A stretch of DNA of 64,000 bases from Octopus vulgaris (GCA_951406725.2 OX597817.1:128898001-128962000), one strand, 5' to 3'. Shown: positions 1-13,789, numbered from the stretch's first letter. Notes: a model not told the origin generated them from the sequence alone. Program-made: numbers and translations.

Positions 1-284
1 CCAGGATTTCTAGATTTGCTTTAAATAAGCTTTGCCATCATCGGTTGAATATATCAAAGCACATAAATACAAATATATATATACAGAACAAACGTTATAC
101 TTACATATACGAGCGTCCATATATATTTTTTCCATGCTGGCCACTTGATAATATCGATATTTAAATATCGATATTATCCTTATTTATAAATTTATATATA
201 TATATACACACACGATGTACTTCTTTCAGTTCCCATCTACCGTATCCATTCACAAGGCTTTGGTCAGACCAGGGTTATAATATA

Positions 285-823
285 CAGGTTGTTCAAAAAG
301 TCTCTCCGCAATGAATATTTTGAAGACACCATCAACACCGAGAGATATTGCTCAAATATTGTCTATCCATTTGTGGGCCAACTTACCGAAAGTGAAATTA
401 ATAATGCATACTTTCAGCAAGATGGAGCTACAGCACATACTTCGCGCATCGCCATGGCACTACTTCAAGAGTTTTTTGGTGAACTGATTATTTCGAAGGG
501 ACTTTAGTTACCAAGATCACCTGATTTAACACCGCCAGACTTTTTTCTGTGGAGCAAATAAAGGATCAGTGTACAAGAATCGCCCGAAAATCCTTAATGG
601 CCTAAAAGACGCAATCATAACCTTCACATGGCCCCTACCACATCAGACTCTCCAAAATGTATTTTAAAACATGTGTAGAAGGGTCAAATGATGTAAAAAT
701 GAAGGATGACACTTTCAACACCTCTGATAACGTTTTCTAAAGTCTAATATAGTCGTTTGTAGTCTTATACCAACTTATTTATTTTGCAATAAGATACTGC
801 AGAGAGACTTTTTGAACACCTTG
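285..823 (+). mobile_element. Internally deleted Tc1/mariner-superfamily (rosa/maT-like) element with TIRs and TA TSD
   Basis: TIRs cagg ttgttcaaaaagtctctccgca (285-310) / tgcagagagactttttgaacaccttg (798-823), with TA on both sides. Remnant reads YFQQDGATAHT...IISKGL*LPRSPDLTPPDFFLW, the transposase catalytic C-terminal half, with stops. Confidence 0.85.
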
Positions 824-825
824 TA

Positions 826-1223
826 CTTTTCTACTCTAGGAACAAGGCCCGAAATTTTTGAAGAGGGAACCAGTTGATTAAATCGACTCCAGTGCATAAC
901 TGGTACTTAATTTATCGACCCCGAAAGGATGGAAGGCAAAGTCGACCTCGGCGGAATTTGAACTCAGAACGTAAAGATAGACGAAATACCTATTTCTTTA
1001 CTACCCACAAGGGGCTAAACACTGAGAGGACAAACAAGGACAGACAAACGGATTAAGTCGATTATATCGACCCCAGTGCGTAATCGGTACTTAATTTATC
1101 GAACCCGAAAGGATGAAAGGTAAAGTCGACCTCTGCGGAATTTGAACTCAGAATGTAACGGCAGACGAAATACTACTAAGCATTTCGTCCGGCGCGCAAA
1201 TGTTTCTGCTAGCTCGCCACCTT
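826..1223 (-). mobile_element. SINE family A (tRNA-derived), dimeric copy
   Basis: Head ggcggcgagctggcagaaacgttagc..., B-box gagttcaaattcc, conserved body gaggtcgactttgcctttcatcctttcggggtcgataaattaagtaccag present twice. Many copies in the window. Confidence 0.85.
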
Positions 1224-2032
1224 GTCTAGGGTTATAATATACGACACTTAACGAAGGTGTCTCGCAGTAGGATTGAACCTGGGCCAGGTGGTTGGAAAGC
1301 AAAATTCTTACCACACATTCACACTTATACCTAATGTATATGCATAACTCGCGCGCGCATCACACACACACACACACAGAAATGCATACACATACACACA
1401 GATAGATATGTATAAACGCGCACTTTTGTGTATTTGTGTTCGTGTCTGCAGACACAAGCACACATATAGAGTGTTCTATTAAAAAAAAAATATCCATCTT
1501 GTGTAGTGAAACTGTATTTTATGACATTGATTTATTTAAACAGGTTTGCATTATTGTTGTTGTTGCTATATTTGCTATTACTACTTCTGTTACTGCTGTT
1601 ACTATATAGCACGGAGCAAAGCGATGAAATATATGGCGAGTGTTCTTTATAATCTGTAAGAAAATGTCACAGGATCAGAAGCACATTTGCAAATAAGTGA
1701 TAGATAGAATATGAGCATTTCTTCACCTTGATATAATGTGTTTGCTTTATTTGCTTTTACTTTTGTTGCTGTTGTTGTTTTGGAGGAAGGCCTTCTTTAT
1801 TAAAGATTGATCATCCTGTCCTTTAACCTTTCATTTTATTCTATATCTTTGGGTCATAAGAACGAGGTGGGAGACATTTGAGAAGGTGTTTATAAAGCGT
1901 CTCCTTTACAACTTACCCGAGCCATGCTCTCCCAATCGCTTTCTCCTTCTCCCTCTCATCCCTTTCTGTCTCTCTGTCCTCCTTTCTCCTTCTTTTCATC
2001 TGTCTTCAGGTGAGGGGTTGAGAATAAAATTG

Positions 2033-2098
<66 letters not shown>

Positions 2099-2117
2099 GT
2101 AATAACAATAATAATAA
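2033..2117. repeat. (AAT)n microsatellite
   Basis: Direct reading. Confidence 0.95.
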
Positions 2118-2829
2118 GGACCTTGCAACACATACACACCACTGAATAAATCACTGCTCACAACACTACCCGCCTACTCGTTACGGCGTCTCTGCGACGC
2201 AGAATTCTCGTCTTTTTTTCTTCTTCTCCTTCTTCTTTCTTAGTGTCGCCATCACGCTCCGGCGTCTTTCTGTCGTTCCAGCAGCATCATCCAGTTTTTG
2301 TTTTCAGGATAACTCCAGACGGAATTCTGTATCGTGGGGAACAAGTAATTACAAAATCCTATAAGTTTATAGTTGCTAAAAGAAAAAAGAAAGAAAAATT
2401 TAAAAAAAAAAAAAAATTCGCGCAGCTGTCATTGCTGTTATTACTTTTCTTATAGTTCTTGTTGTTTGATGTTATTGTTAAAAATATCAATATAATGTAT
2501 TTTCTTCTCATTCAATTGACATTATCTTCTTTCACTACATCATATATTTTCTCTCATAAGAACGCCGTTCTCTTTCACTTTTTCTCTCTGATGCTGTCTG
2601 TCTCATACACTCTAACTTTATCACTATCTCACTTTTTCTCTCTCACATCTTTTTCTTATTTCTTTTTTACCTTTACCGTTATTCTCCTTGAGTTGATTCT
2701 TGTGTTTTCTTCTGTTACTCTGTAAATCTTCTGTGTTTACTCTCTTAGAAACCGCGAAGATTTAGAAGTGACAAAATGCGAGAGTAAAGTGTTTTGCAAT
2801 ATTGAATCTTTACAATTGGTTTTCTACAG

Positions 2830-3011
2830 TTCTCGGTCAAATCCAGCCATTCTCTCATCTTCTCGGGGTCAATAAAATAAGTAGCGGTATAAAATGGTTC
2901 CATTCAATCATCGATCTATTCCTGTTTGAAGACCATTCTTCAAATAACTGTGAACAACGAGAGGTGGACCGAGGAGATAAAAAATGACGGATGACATCAA
3001 GCAATGAATTG
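2830..3011 (+). CDS. Candidate host-gene exon (5'UTR plus MTSSNEL from ATG 2991)
   Basis: Pyrimidine-rich acceptor ttttctacag at 2829, consensus donor TG|GTAAGT at 3011/3012, unique non-repeat sequence. No transcript evidence. Confidence 0.3.
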
Positions 3012-3439
3012 GTAAGTGAATTCCTTGCGGAAACTTGGCACGCAGCCACTACATACAGAGAAAGCGTTTGTCTCACGACTCCCGCAGGATTGAAGGATTC
3101 AAGGAAGGACGGATTCTCCTGCCAAAAAATAGCCGTGTGGGCCACGGGAAAAATCATATTTTCACCTGGTCACATTACTATAGTCTCATCCATACACAGC
3201 CTGGTTTCGCTTCTGCTTGAATGGCTATAATCCGTCTTTCGCACCCACTAAATCAGAGGTTCACTCTTTCATCGTGTTTGGCAGTCCTCATGTACTCCTA
3301 TGAAGAATATAAGGTAAAATAGTTTGATATCACAGAGCAAACAATAGACATGCGGCCGAAGTTTGTAGGCTTTTCCAACGTCAAATTTCGATAAGCTGAA
3401 AAAAGGCATGAGTAGTTATGAATGCGAATAAAATTCGAA

Positions 3440-3672
3440 ATTAACGGACTGAAGCAGGTGAAGTACAAGCTACATATGTTTCCTAGCTAGCAGATCCTCT
3501 GATGTAATAATTACTCAACGAGGGGTAGTCAGCTAGCTAACCTTCATAGGATTTAGGTGTTTTCAGCCTCATGAGTAGTAGGTGGAGTACCACTCATTGA
3601 GTAATTATTACATCTACTAGATAGGAAACATATGTAACCTGAATTTTACCTGTTCCACTCTCTCTAATCTCG
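3440..3672. repeat. Degenerate inverted repeat (fold-back element)
   Basis: tacatatgtttcctagctag...gatgtaataattactcaa pairs with ttgagtaattattacatc...ctagataggaaacatatgta. Confidence 0.7.
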
Positions 3673-4189
3673 ATAAAAATTTACAAATCTAGATACGAAT
3701 CTAGATAATTGTCGTCATTTCTTTCGTTAATCCCGTTTGGGATATCTTGCTCTAGATATACAATGTACAGAAGAAGTCGTGTACAACAACTTTATTGATT
3801 ATAGAATGCATGAAAATCCTGAACAGCACCAACGCGAACAAATAAAAGAGTCTCGAGCAAATATGGAATCTTTTAGATCGTCGCACAATTGGTTATAAAT
3901 GGCGGCCAAATTTCTCTCAAATCAAACACTGTTGTCTTAGAAAAAACATGCTGGTTAATGCGGTTCACATATACGTGCAAATAAGCAGATATGTATACAG
4001 CATATATTCACACGAATACATATGTTTGCCTATATAAATAAGCATATACATGCATAGATATTTTTCTTCAAATATGCATGTTCACATGGATATATACGTC
4101 TATACATACATTCATAATTTATACATAATATGATCTGTATATATACAAGCATTTATATACGCATACAACCATCGCTCAGTCTACCTACC

Positions 4190-4657
4190 TACCTAACTAT
4201 CTATCTATCTATTTCTCTATCTGTGTATTTATCAAGTTCCCATTATATATATATATAAATATATAAAATATATATACGTATGTATATATATATATGTATA
4301 TATATGTATGTATATTTATATATATATATACATATATACATATACATATACATACATATATAAATATACATGCATATTTATATACATACATACATATATA
4401 TATGAATATATATAAATATATATACATGCAAACAGCTATATATACATAAATAAATAAATACATATACATATAAACAATCAATCAAATATTTATACACATA
4501 TAGATACACATACATTCATTCACACAGAGGACGCAGGAATACATCGTACATAACTTACATGAGCAGTAAGCACGCACATGCACACAAACACACACGAAAC
4601 ACGTACACACACATACCCACACACACACACACACACACGCACAAAAACAAACAAACA

Positions 4658-4692
<35 letters not shown>

Positions 4693-5045
4693 ACAAACAA
4701 ACAAACAAACACCAACCAGCAAGATGCGAGCTAAATTGTTATAGCTTCACGTCCCCAGGCGTATCATCGACAACGACAGCGAAAACAAACTAATTGTTTT
4801 CGCCGAGTGATCTATTGTTCAACTGGTCAATAGAAAGCTTGTTATGGTCACAGGGGGCCTGATATGTGTCCAGTAATCCGGACAAAAACTCTCGTATTGG
4901 GTATCGGCATTTACTTTTGAGGCCTGTCATGTTTAGAAAATGTTTGGATATGTCACCATCATGATCGTACGTATATATGAGACCCAAAGACTATCATGTT
5001 GCAATTCATACATACATAAACATACATACATACATACATATATAT

Positions 5046-5096
<51 letters not shown>

Positions 5097-5158
5097 CACG
5101 CGTATACATATATACATACATATATTCATATATATGTATACATATATACATATATATG

Positions 5159-5193
<35 letters not shown>

Positions 5194-5278
5194 GTATGTA
5201 TATATATATACATATATATACAAACATATATATACGTATATATATATAGAGAGAGAAAGAGATACACCCATATATATA

Positions 5279-5320
<42 letters not shown>

Positions 5321-5468
5321 CATACATGCATACATACATACATACATACATATATATACGTATATATACGTATATATATATATACACGTATATATCTATA
5401 TATCTATCTATATATATGTATATGTGTGTGTGTGTAGAGAGAGAGAGAGAGAAAGAAGGAGAGCTCGG

Positions 5469-5560
<92 letters not shown>

Positions 5561-5570
5561 CACACACACT
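4190..5570. repeat. Compound (TA)n/(CA)n/(CATA)n/(TAGA)n microsatellite block around a unique island at about 4710-5000
   Basis: Direct reading. Confidence 0.9.
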
Positions 5571-5929
5571 CGTGCACAGAAACATACGCAAATCTACTTA
5601 CCTATACTTTATAGACATGAAAAAGAGAGATCATCTGACGGGATTAAATGGCCACAAATGGAATGCTGTTCGGTATACTCGGAGAGGGTTAAATGGAGGC
5701 TCAAACACACACTGAGCGTGTGAATGAATGTCACTTTCTCCATCCTCAACATCTCGAATACAACTCACTATCAAAACCCATGTCGGAAAACGACAATTGT
5801 TCATATCTATACTGAAGAAACCTCAACTGCTCACGTTTAAGAAGTAGTATCTAATTTAGTATTTTACAGATAAGATTCATTGCAGCACTAAAATTAATAA
5901 TGCTTATCTAATGAAAATAGTAAACTAAA

Positions 5930-6235
5930 TATCGCTTAATATCTATTTAAAGCATCCTTTGGAATTACTCTTAACTTCTGCAAATTTCTAATAAGTCTTG
6001 GCATAATATAAGCATTAGAGATGAGGACGTAACTGGCGCCTTCACAATGTGATCCATTAGAAAAATTTTAGCAGTTCGTGAGAAAACTATGGCACAATCC
6101 TTGCATACATTATCAATAGCGGCTCAAAATCTTGGATAATAATATCCAACTAATGAAACAAAGGCTGCATTTCATTCTTCATAACTATCACTTGTGCGTG
6201 CTTGACGATTTACTAAGTTAAGTGTGTCTACTCTC
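5930..6235 (-). pseudogene. Degenerate MULE (Mutator-like) transposase C-terminal remnant
   Basis: Manual minus-strand translation VNRQARTSDSYEE*NAAFVSLVGYYYPRF*AAIDNVCKD resembles the MULE motif RTNNxxEGWNxxFxxLVGxxHPSxW. Confidence 0.5.
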
Positions 6236-6997
6236 CTAAAGGAAACATAAAACATAGGAGAAATTAAAATAAGAATAGTTGAGTCAGAATTTCAAAAGTA
6301 AGATTCAAAATTCCCCTGACTTTATAAATGGTATTTTTCTATAAGTACTACTAGTTTAACAAAATCCCATCAAAATATACAAGTAACTTTTCCATTCTTT
6401 GGCGAAAACATATCTTCAAATAATTCATACGTTCCTTAATTCTGTTTTTGAGAAGAAATGCTGTATCATTTAACATTCTACAGAAATGCCTCACTATTTC
6501 ATCATATTTATAAAGTTCTGTTTTTCCTAATTAAAATTTTTCTCCAACCGATTTGAGTACGATCATAAAACTACATTTGTGTTATGAACATCTGAACCAT
6601 GAGTAGCCGAAACTGCTCGCTTCATAAGAAGTTCAAAATTAGTTATTGCAAATCATCGTAGCTCAGGAAATATACGCAGTTCATGGTGGTTCTTAGAACT
6701 TCGTGCATTTGTTGATAAATTTGTAAATATTTTCTTGATGGAAATTACATGTACATGGAATAATTATTTTTCCAGTGATACTTATATTATGCAAAGCAGT
6801 TTAATAAACTTGTTCGCATTGAAACATTTCAATAAAGTGACATGGATTGTTCATGAAGACTTTTATGACTTTTACTTTCTAAATTCAAAATACTATTTGA
6901 AGTATTTTCTCGTGTTTGATTCAACCATTCAGTTACAATTTGTCTAGTGTTCCATGTATCAATTCTTTCTTTTTGCCTGCTCTTTCATAGCAGCATA

Positions 6998-7376
6998 GTG
7001 GAGGTGCAATGGCCCAGTGGTTAGGGCAGCGAACTCGCGATCGTAGGATCGAGGTTTCGATTCCCAGACCGGGTATTGTGAGTGTTTATTGAGCGAAAAC
7101 ACTTAAAGTTCCACAAGGCAGGGGATGGTGGCGAACCCTGCTGTATTCTTTCGCCACAACTTTCTCTCACTCTTTCTTCGTGTTTCTTCTGTACCTGTAT
7201 TTCAAAGGACCAGCCTTGTCACACTCTGTGTCACGCTGAATCTACCCGAGAACTACGTTAAGGGTACACGTGTCTGTGGAGTGCTCAGCCACTTGCACCT
7301 TAATTTCACGAGCAGGCTGTTCTGTTGATCGGATCAACTGGAACCCTCGTCGTTGTAACCGACGGAGTGCCAACCA
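6998..7376 (+). mobile_element. SINE family B, tail type 1 (tRNA-Arg-like head)
   Basis: A-box tggcccagtgg, B-box ggtttcgattccc. Head and body shared with 22598 and 63383; tail ends ...ccgacggagtgccaac. Confidence 0.85.
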
Positions 7377-7816
7377 TAGAAGCATAGAATTTAATTAAAC
7401 TAACATTAAATCAGCCTCATGTTTATGCACACCATAAGTAAAGTAACATTTTATTATCCGTTGTTCACCTCACCTTACATTCCGTTGTATTTTGCTGCTC
7501 ACATTGCCTCCTATCTCATCTTGCCAAGACAGCTATTCCTTTTTACTTTTAAATACATATAGCCATCTCAAAAGAGTTTAGATGTTTTAATGGTTTTTTT
7601 TTTGTATGAAGGATAAAGTTTTGAGCGGTTTTCGTGTAAGAAGATTTTTATTATGTTATATTTAAACAGTCAGGTGAAAGAAGTAGTGATACTTTCAGAA
7701 ACAGAAATAAAATTAACTATTTGTAAAGAGTTTAAAATATTGCATATTCTTTCCTTTACGGTTTGGGAGCAATCGAAACAAATGCAGTGTTTTAATTTCT
7801 GTAGCGGTAGTTATGA

Positions 7817-8182
7817 CTAGCAGTATCGCCCGGCGTTGCTCAGGTTTGTAAGGGAAATAACTATAAAGCATTTTTAGAGAGTTATAGCCAAAAAATGGAA
7901 AAAAATGATGGTAAATTTTTTTTGAGAGTAAAAAAAGGTGGAGTTGCGTCCCCTAGACGGTTTGTGCTTCTGATTCTCGACCCCATGTCGAATTTATCGA
8001 TTTTTTTCAGAACTGGGGGAACTTTTCAAAATTTTCGCTGCGTTAGTTTTGAATTATGACATTGGGCTATGTGTGTGTCAAGTTTCATCAGAATCGGTTG
8101 AAAGCCGTGGTCAGGGTGAGGGTACAAGCAAACAGACACACAGAAACACGCACAGACAAACTGCCGTTTATATAGAGAGAGA
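7817..8182 (-). mobile_element. Non-autonomous Helitron
   Basis: On minus strand: 5'-TC start, subterminal hairpin (cctgagcaacgccggg), CTAG-3' end, inserted between A and T. Second copy at 33078-33453. Confidence 0.8.
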
Positions 8183-8319
8183 TAACATTATAGAGAACAT
8201 CTTGGAAATCTAGGAGAGTGCACAGAAAATTTTCTATCGCTTCTATTTGTGTTCTTTAGCAACATGATAGGGTGCGATTTATGAGATTTGGCTAATATTG
8301 TTATCAAGTCGAGCGACTA

Positions 8320-8521
8320 CCGTAAATCGTCGAGTATAGTTCGCCCTTGAGTATAATACGCCGGGGATTTTTAGGGAGCTGTACCTCTGAAAAACCTAAA
8401 CCTTGTGTATAATACGCACCCTTCTCTAATTTTCATTTTTAATCTCGTATATATTACGCACTAGGGATTTTGATTTTTAAATTTTTGGGAAAAAGTGCAG
8501 ATTATACTCTAGGATTTACGG
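8320..8521. mobile_element. MITE, pogo/Tigger-like TIRs
   Basis: TA-ccgtaaatcgtcgagtata ... tatactctaggatttacgg inverted termini. Confidence 0.6.
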
Positions 8522-9666
8522 TTTGTAAAGTCTCTGTCATTAACACGTTGGAATTTGATGACTAATGGGGACGATCTAATAAAGGTGATTGGATCACAGG
8601 TATTATTTCTCATACACCGACGTTTTTCATAGTTCTGAATTCTGGTACGTGAATTTTGTAGATTAACGCATTTTGCAGTAACCTGCTCTTATGATGTAGA
8701 CTATGTTCAAAAATTTCAATTTCATCAGTAATACTGAAAATTTGTTAGTAAAAACTTACGTTGTAGCTTAAATGCCTGGAGAGCTGACGGGACATTGTCG
8801 TATTTGTATGGCCAATGCGAATATTAATCTGCATATCATATGCAACCAATAAACAATATTGGTGAGAAATTTTAATGCAAACAGCTGCATTACGTAAGTG
8901 TCATATAGATGAATATTTTGTCGTAACATGGAGCTTCGTAATGTATAGCCTACTTTACAATATTACATGCAAGTCAATGAACACAGAATTGAATGTGGAA
9001 ATAGATTTGGGATTACAAAAGATCACATTCTGGCAAGATTTTCACAGCCCATGGCTGACCAAAGAATTGTGAGTGGATTTGGTACAGGCGAAATGTAAGG
9101 AATCCCGGCGCATATATCTCTATCTTGCTTTGTGTGTATGTATGTATGCGTGTGTGCGCGCGTGCGTGTGCATGTGAGTGTCTGCGCACATGTCACCCAC
9201 TCTTTGACAATCGATGTTGATATCTTTACGTCCACATTACCTAACGGTTCGGCAAAACTGATCAATAGAGTAAATATCAAACTAAGAAAATTAGGACTGC
9301 GGTTGATTTCTTCCTGTGAAATGCTCAGGAAATGCTCAAGGGAATGCTCAGGCATGAAGACGGTCTACTGACTGTAACAAGTAAGAGTAATACATACATA
9401 CATACATACATACATACATACATACATACATACATGCATACATACATACAGACAGACAGACGGACAGACAGACTAACAGACAGACGTACATACATAAAGA
9501 TGGGAAAACAGCGCAAGCATTCAAATATTTATGTAGATTTTAAATGGATGGTTAGCTAGTAGGTAGCTTGTAGAGAAATTACACGAACTTGTAAGGGCAC
9601 ACAAACACGTGTCTAATTAATGAGCTACCCAATGAAATTCCACTATAATACTCCTAACAGTGAATC

Positions 9667-9703
<37 letters not shown>

Positions 9704-10254
9704 ATGTATATGTTCGTGTATGCGCGCTTGATATAGTATGTTCGTGTGCACGGGTTTGAGAGCTTGAGAACAGAATAAGAGTGTGAATAAGTGCGAAAGA
9801 GTAGGGGTTTGCGTAAATGTTTTGATGTGTCGATATGTATACACAGGCCTTTGAGAATATTTGTGAAGACGTGTATCTATATGAGCCCGGAGCATAAAAT
9901 ATAGGAGGTTAATATATACATGCATACTTACACACACACACACAAACACACACATGCATAAACACAAACGCACATGCGACCCCCACACACACTCACACAT
10001 GAACACACATGTATGTATGAGCTTGGAACATATAATGTGTACGGTTAATACGTACATTCACTTTCGTACTTCCACCCCTGTGTGTGCATATGTGTGTATG
10101 AGCGTGTATGTATGTATGTATATTTATATGTATATTGTTATATATATATTGTTATATATGCATGTATATATGTATGTAAGCATATATATGTATAATGACT
10201 GAAACAAATAAAAGAGAAAAAAGAGAAAGAGAATATATATATATATGTCTCTTT

Positions 10255-10615
10255 TTTCTCTTTTATTTGTTTCAGTCATTTCACTGCGGCCATGCTGGAG
10301 CAACGCCTTTAATCGAGGAACTCGACCCCGGGACTTATTCTATTTTTGTAAGCCCAGTACTTATTCTAAGTACCGGGGACATAAACACACCAGCATCGGT
10401 TGTCAAGCAATGCTAGGGGGACAAACACAGACACACAGACACATACACACTTACATATATACGACAGGCTTCTTTCAGTTTCCATCTACCAAATCCACTC
10501 ACAAGGCTTTGGTCGGCCCGAGGCTATAGTAGAAGACACTTGCCCAAGATGCCACGCAATGGGACTGAACCCGGAGCCATGTGGTTGGTTAGCAAGCTAC
10601 TTACCACACAGCCAT
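10255..10615 (-). mobile_element. SINE family C
   Basis: Reverse complement of 53071-53505. Confidence 0.85.
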
Positions 10616-10739
10616 GTGTGTGTGTGCGTATATGTATATATACCTATGCACACGCATACACACAGACCCATCTGAATATTTTTCACTACACCCAAAAAGT
10701 ATTAGCATACTTAAAATCTCAGCGTAGCCTTTATGAATA

Positions 10740-10777
<38 letters not shown>

Positions 10778-11033
10778 TATTTAAAGTATGAATATTTAGC
10801 CTCATATATATGTACATCTACCTATCCCCATACACACACAATTAGACGCGGTCACACACACACACATATTCACACATAAAAGCAACCGTTTTAAATACGT
10901 TTAAGGTTACCGACCACAGACGTTCAAAGGCCTCACCTTTTTCTCTACTGAATATATTAATGCATTTCTTTGCCTCCCATATTTACATATATGTATGTGT
11001 GCAAGTGAGTATGTGTGAGTGTGCATGTGTTTG

Positions 11034-11083
<50 letters not shown>

Positions 11084-11188
11084 GCGCGAGTGGGAATGGT
11101 AGTTTTGTTTTATGAATATGGGTCTGTCTCTGTAGAAAACAATAAGTATTATTTCAAACGGTTTGCGCAATGAAAATTTTATTTGAAA

Positions 11189-11189
<1 letters not shown>

Positions 11190-11227
<38 letters not shown>

Positions 11228-11231
11228 TGAC

Positions 11232-11304
<73 letters not shown>

Positions 11305-11365
11305 GTAATAATAATAATAATAACAATAATAATAAGGATAAGTATGATGATGATGAAGATGATGA
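11190..11365. repeat. (AAT)n/(GAT)n microsatellite
   Basis: Direct reading. Confidence 0.95.
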
Positions 11366-11734
11366 TATAGAGATTTGTGTGTGTATGTGTATTTTTCTTT
11401 GATGACAGTGTCGTGCGTTGGCAGTTAAATAATATGTCTTTTGCCCCTTAAATATACGCCATATTCAGATTGACAAGTCGCCTATCGATATTAGACTGAC
11501 AAAAGAAAAGAGAAATACTCCCTAAAAAAATACATCTTAGAAATACATTACAAAAATACATTATAAAATGCAGTGAACAATATCAGCTTTGTGTCGAAAC
11601 TTTATTTGAAATCTCGGTATGTTGCGAATTGACGAACACACCTCCCATACAGAACTGAGGGTTTCTTTCCTTCTTGTGATACATGCATGCTGCGCTGTGT
11701 TCGGGGCAACGAATAACAAAGGCTATATGGTGTT

Positions 11735-11945
11735 ATTGTTGTTAGCCCTGATCAAGCAGCCCTATGATCAAAAGCGTTCCAGCTCATATCATCCTTTCTT
11801 TTTCCTTTCTTTCTTTTTTTTTATGTGTATCAGGAACTACGCTGTCCGACATATCCTTCTTTATACAAAAGAGTAAAAAGTGATTTGATGGAATTTTGGC
11901 TACTAAGTCTAGTAGGTCGTATGACCCTTTACAAGTTCTCTTGTT
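11735..11945 (+). repeat. Old dispersed repeat family D (other copies near 12550-12700, 18270-18480, 52935-53060, 53520-53930, and on minus near 3880, 28950, 50540)
   Basis: Recurring motifs gccctgatcaagcagccctatgatcaaaagcgttccagc and gatttggctgctatttctagcaggtcgagcgac. Class not assignable by eye. Confidence 0.5.
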
Positions 11946-13223
11946 TTCGGAGGAAATGACTTTTGATTACTAACTATCAGCTATTACCGTTGATAAAGAA
12001 TGAAAGAGAACGTTCGGTGAGCGAAACGGTGGTGCTGCTGGTCGCGTAACTAATCGTGCCCCGTGTTGCATTATGCTGTTAAAATCTGGCCTCTATAACT
12101 TACCTAGAATGGAGGACTGCCGTTTTATATGAGAACATAGTGTGTTCAGGATTACATTATTCAATGTGTCTATTCTGTTATAAAAAGATGATATTTAAGG
12201 AAGATTTTGGCTGGTGTTTTTGCAGATGGAGCAAGGAGCCCACCTTCATTTGTGTGTGTGTGTGTGTATAGGGATCGTATTAAGGTTTTAATCCTTGACT
12301 TAGACGGCTGTAAGCATGACGCCTTTCTGTGTCAGATTTGTTGTTGACTGTCTACTTCTTACGCTTTTGTAAATGGGTGGAAAAAACAAAAAAAGAAAAC
12401 ATTTCTCAGATGATTGAACTTCTTACTTAAATCACATTATTCAGAAGTTGTAACTGTTGAAGCTATTGTTTTTATTTTATATACAATCCTCTGTCCCATC
12501 CGGATAGTGTGATCGGTATGAAATACCCTATAATGAAACGCGTCCATGCCGTGAACTAAGGCGTCTCTTTCTCCAGAAATAGAAAATATAGGACTATTAT
12601 TATCCAACATGTCCTTCCTTTTATTAAGCTGATACCATGAGCCACGTGTGTGTTTTTGGCTGTTGTTTCTTGTAGGTCTGTCGAGCGCGATTTGGTTTCT
12701 TTTTCAACTAGAAGGAGAAGAAGACGATAAGTAACTGCAGAATATGTTGTGGCTTGGAAGAAACAAACATTTAATTACAACGTCTTTGTCTACTCAATGA
12801 TGACCATGAGATAATTTATATACATGAAAGACAGTTCTTTGGAGATTGTGTTGACATTACGAAATACTGAAAGAAAACAAATGATATAGATATATAGCGA
12901 AACAAATTTCAGAATATTTCGAAGTGGCTATACTCTGGAGAATGTCGATCCATGTAGGAAGGAGAGTTCAAAGCAAATTACCTGGTCGTTGTTCACAGGT
13001 CCGAAAAGACGATAATATCTCTCGAAAAGAAATAGGAGAAAATATACATACCTACACGCATACATACATACATGCATGCATACATACATACATACATACA
13101 TACATACAAACACACACACATACATACATACATACATACATACATACATACATACATACATACATACATACATACATACATACATACATACATACATACA
13201 TACATACATACATACATACATAC

Positions 13224-13400
13224 ACACCTGTAATAATTGGGGCACTAGAATATGAAACACACTGCCTAAATCCCAATCTTGAGAAATTAGGCTTCTCAAA
13301 ACCAGAAAGGGGAGAGCTGATTCGAAGAATACAGATCCAATCCATCACTGGAACTGTAACAATTTTTTAAAACTTTCCTGAAGTTTATCATTTAAATATA
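13224..13400 (+). mobile_element. 3' end of an RLE-type (R4/Dong-like) non-LTR element, abutting (CATA)n
   Basis: TPVIIGALEYETHCLNPNLEKLGF...IQIQSITGTVTIF resembles the C-terminal PVVIGALG...GT motif of R4-clade elements. Confidence 0.55.
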
Positions 13401-13476
13401 TATGAGCGTGTATATGTATGAGACTACATACATATAACAAAACATACAAATCTGCACACACACCCCCATATATATA

Positions 13477-13675
13477 TCTTATATATAAAATCCGTTCTGT
13501 CTGCCTGTCTGTCTGTGTGTCTTCTCGGATCTCGGGCATCCTCCATCCGTTTGCGCTCAAATTTGATATGTAGATACCGATGGTATCAGGGCATGTATAA
13601 GTTTTGATAAAATTACAAAAATCGATTCCAAGTGAGGATGCGATCGATAAAGCCGTTTTTGTCCTAAATAGAAAG
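13477..13675 (+). mobile_element. 5' fragment of a non-autonomous Helitron
   Basis: A|TCTTATATATAAAA start followed by (CTGT)n and aaatttgatatgtag, similar to the 33078 element start. Confidence 0.5.
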
Positions 13676-13676
13676 G

Positions 13677-13717
<41 letters not shown>

Positions 13718-13789
13718 CATTATTATTATTATTATTATTATCATTATTATTGTGGTTGTTGTTGTTGTTGTATCATCATTATCATCATT

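Larger units (their letters stand above)
215..1330 (-). mobile_element. SINE family C (tRNA head, CORE-like body), split by nested insertions (pieces 215-284 and 1228-1330)
   Basis: Matches intact copies at 53071-53505 and 59430-59835. The sequence resumes after a duplicated agggttataatatac. Confidence 0.7.

Noticed and set aside
2991-3230. 79-aa ORF as a stand-alone gene
   Set aside because: No recognisable domain, and a consensus splice donor after codon 7 is a simpler reading.
6998-7075. Possible tRNA genes at SINE heads (also 41299 and 56120)
   Set aside because: No complete cloverleaf or acceptor stem, and each is fused to a repeat body.
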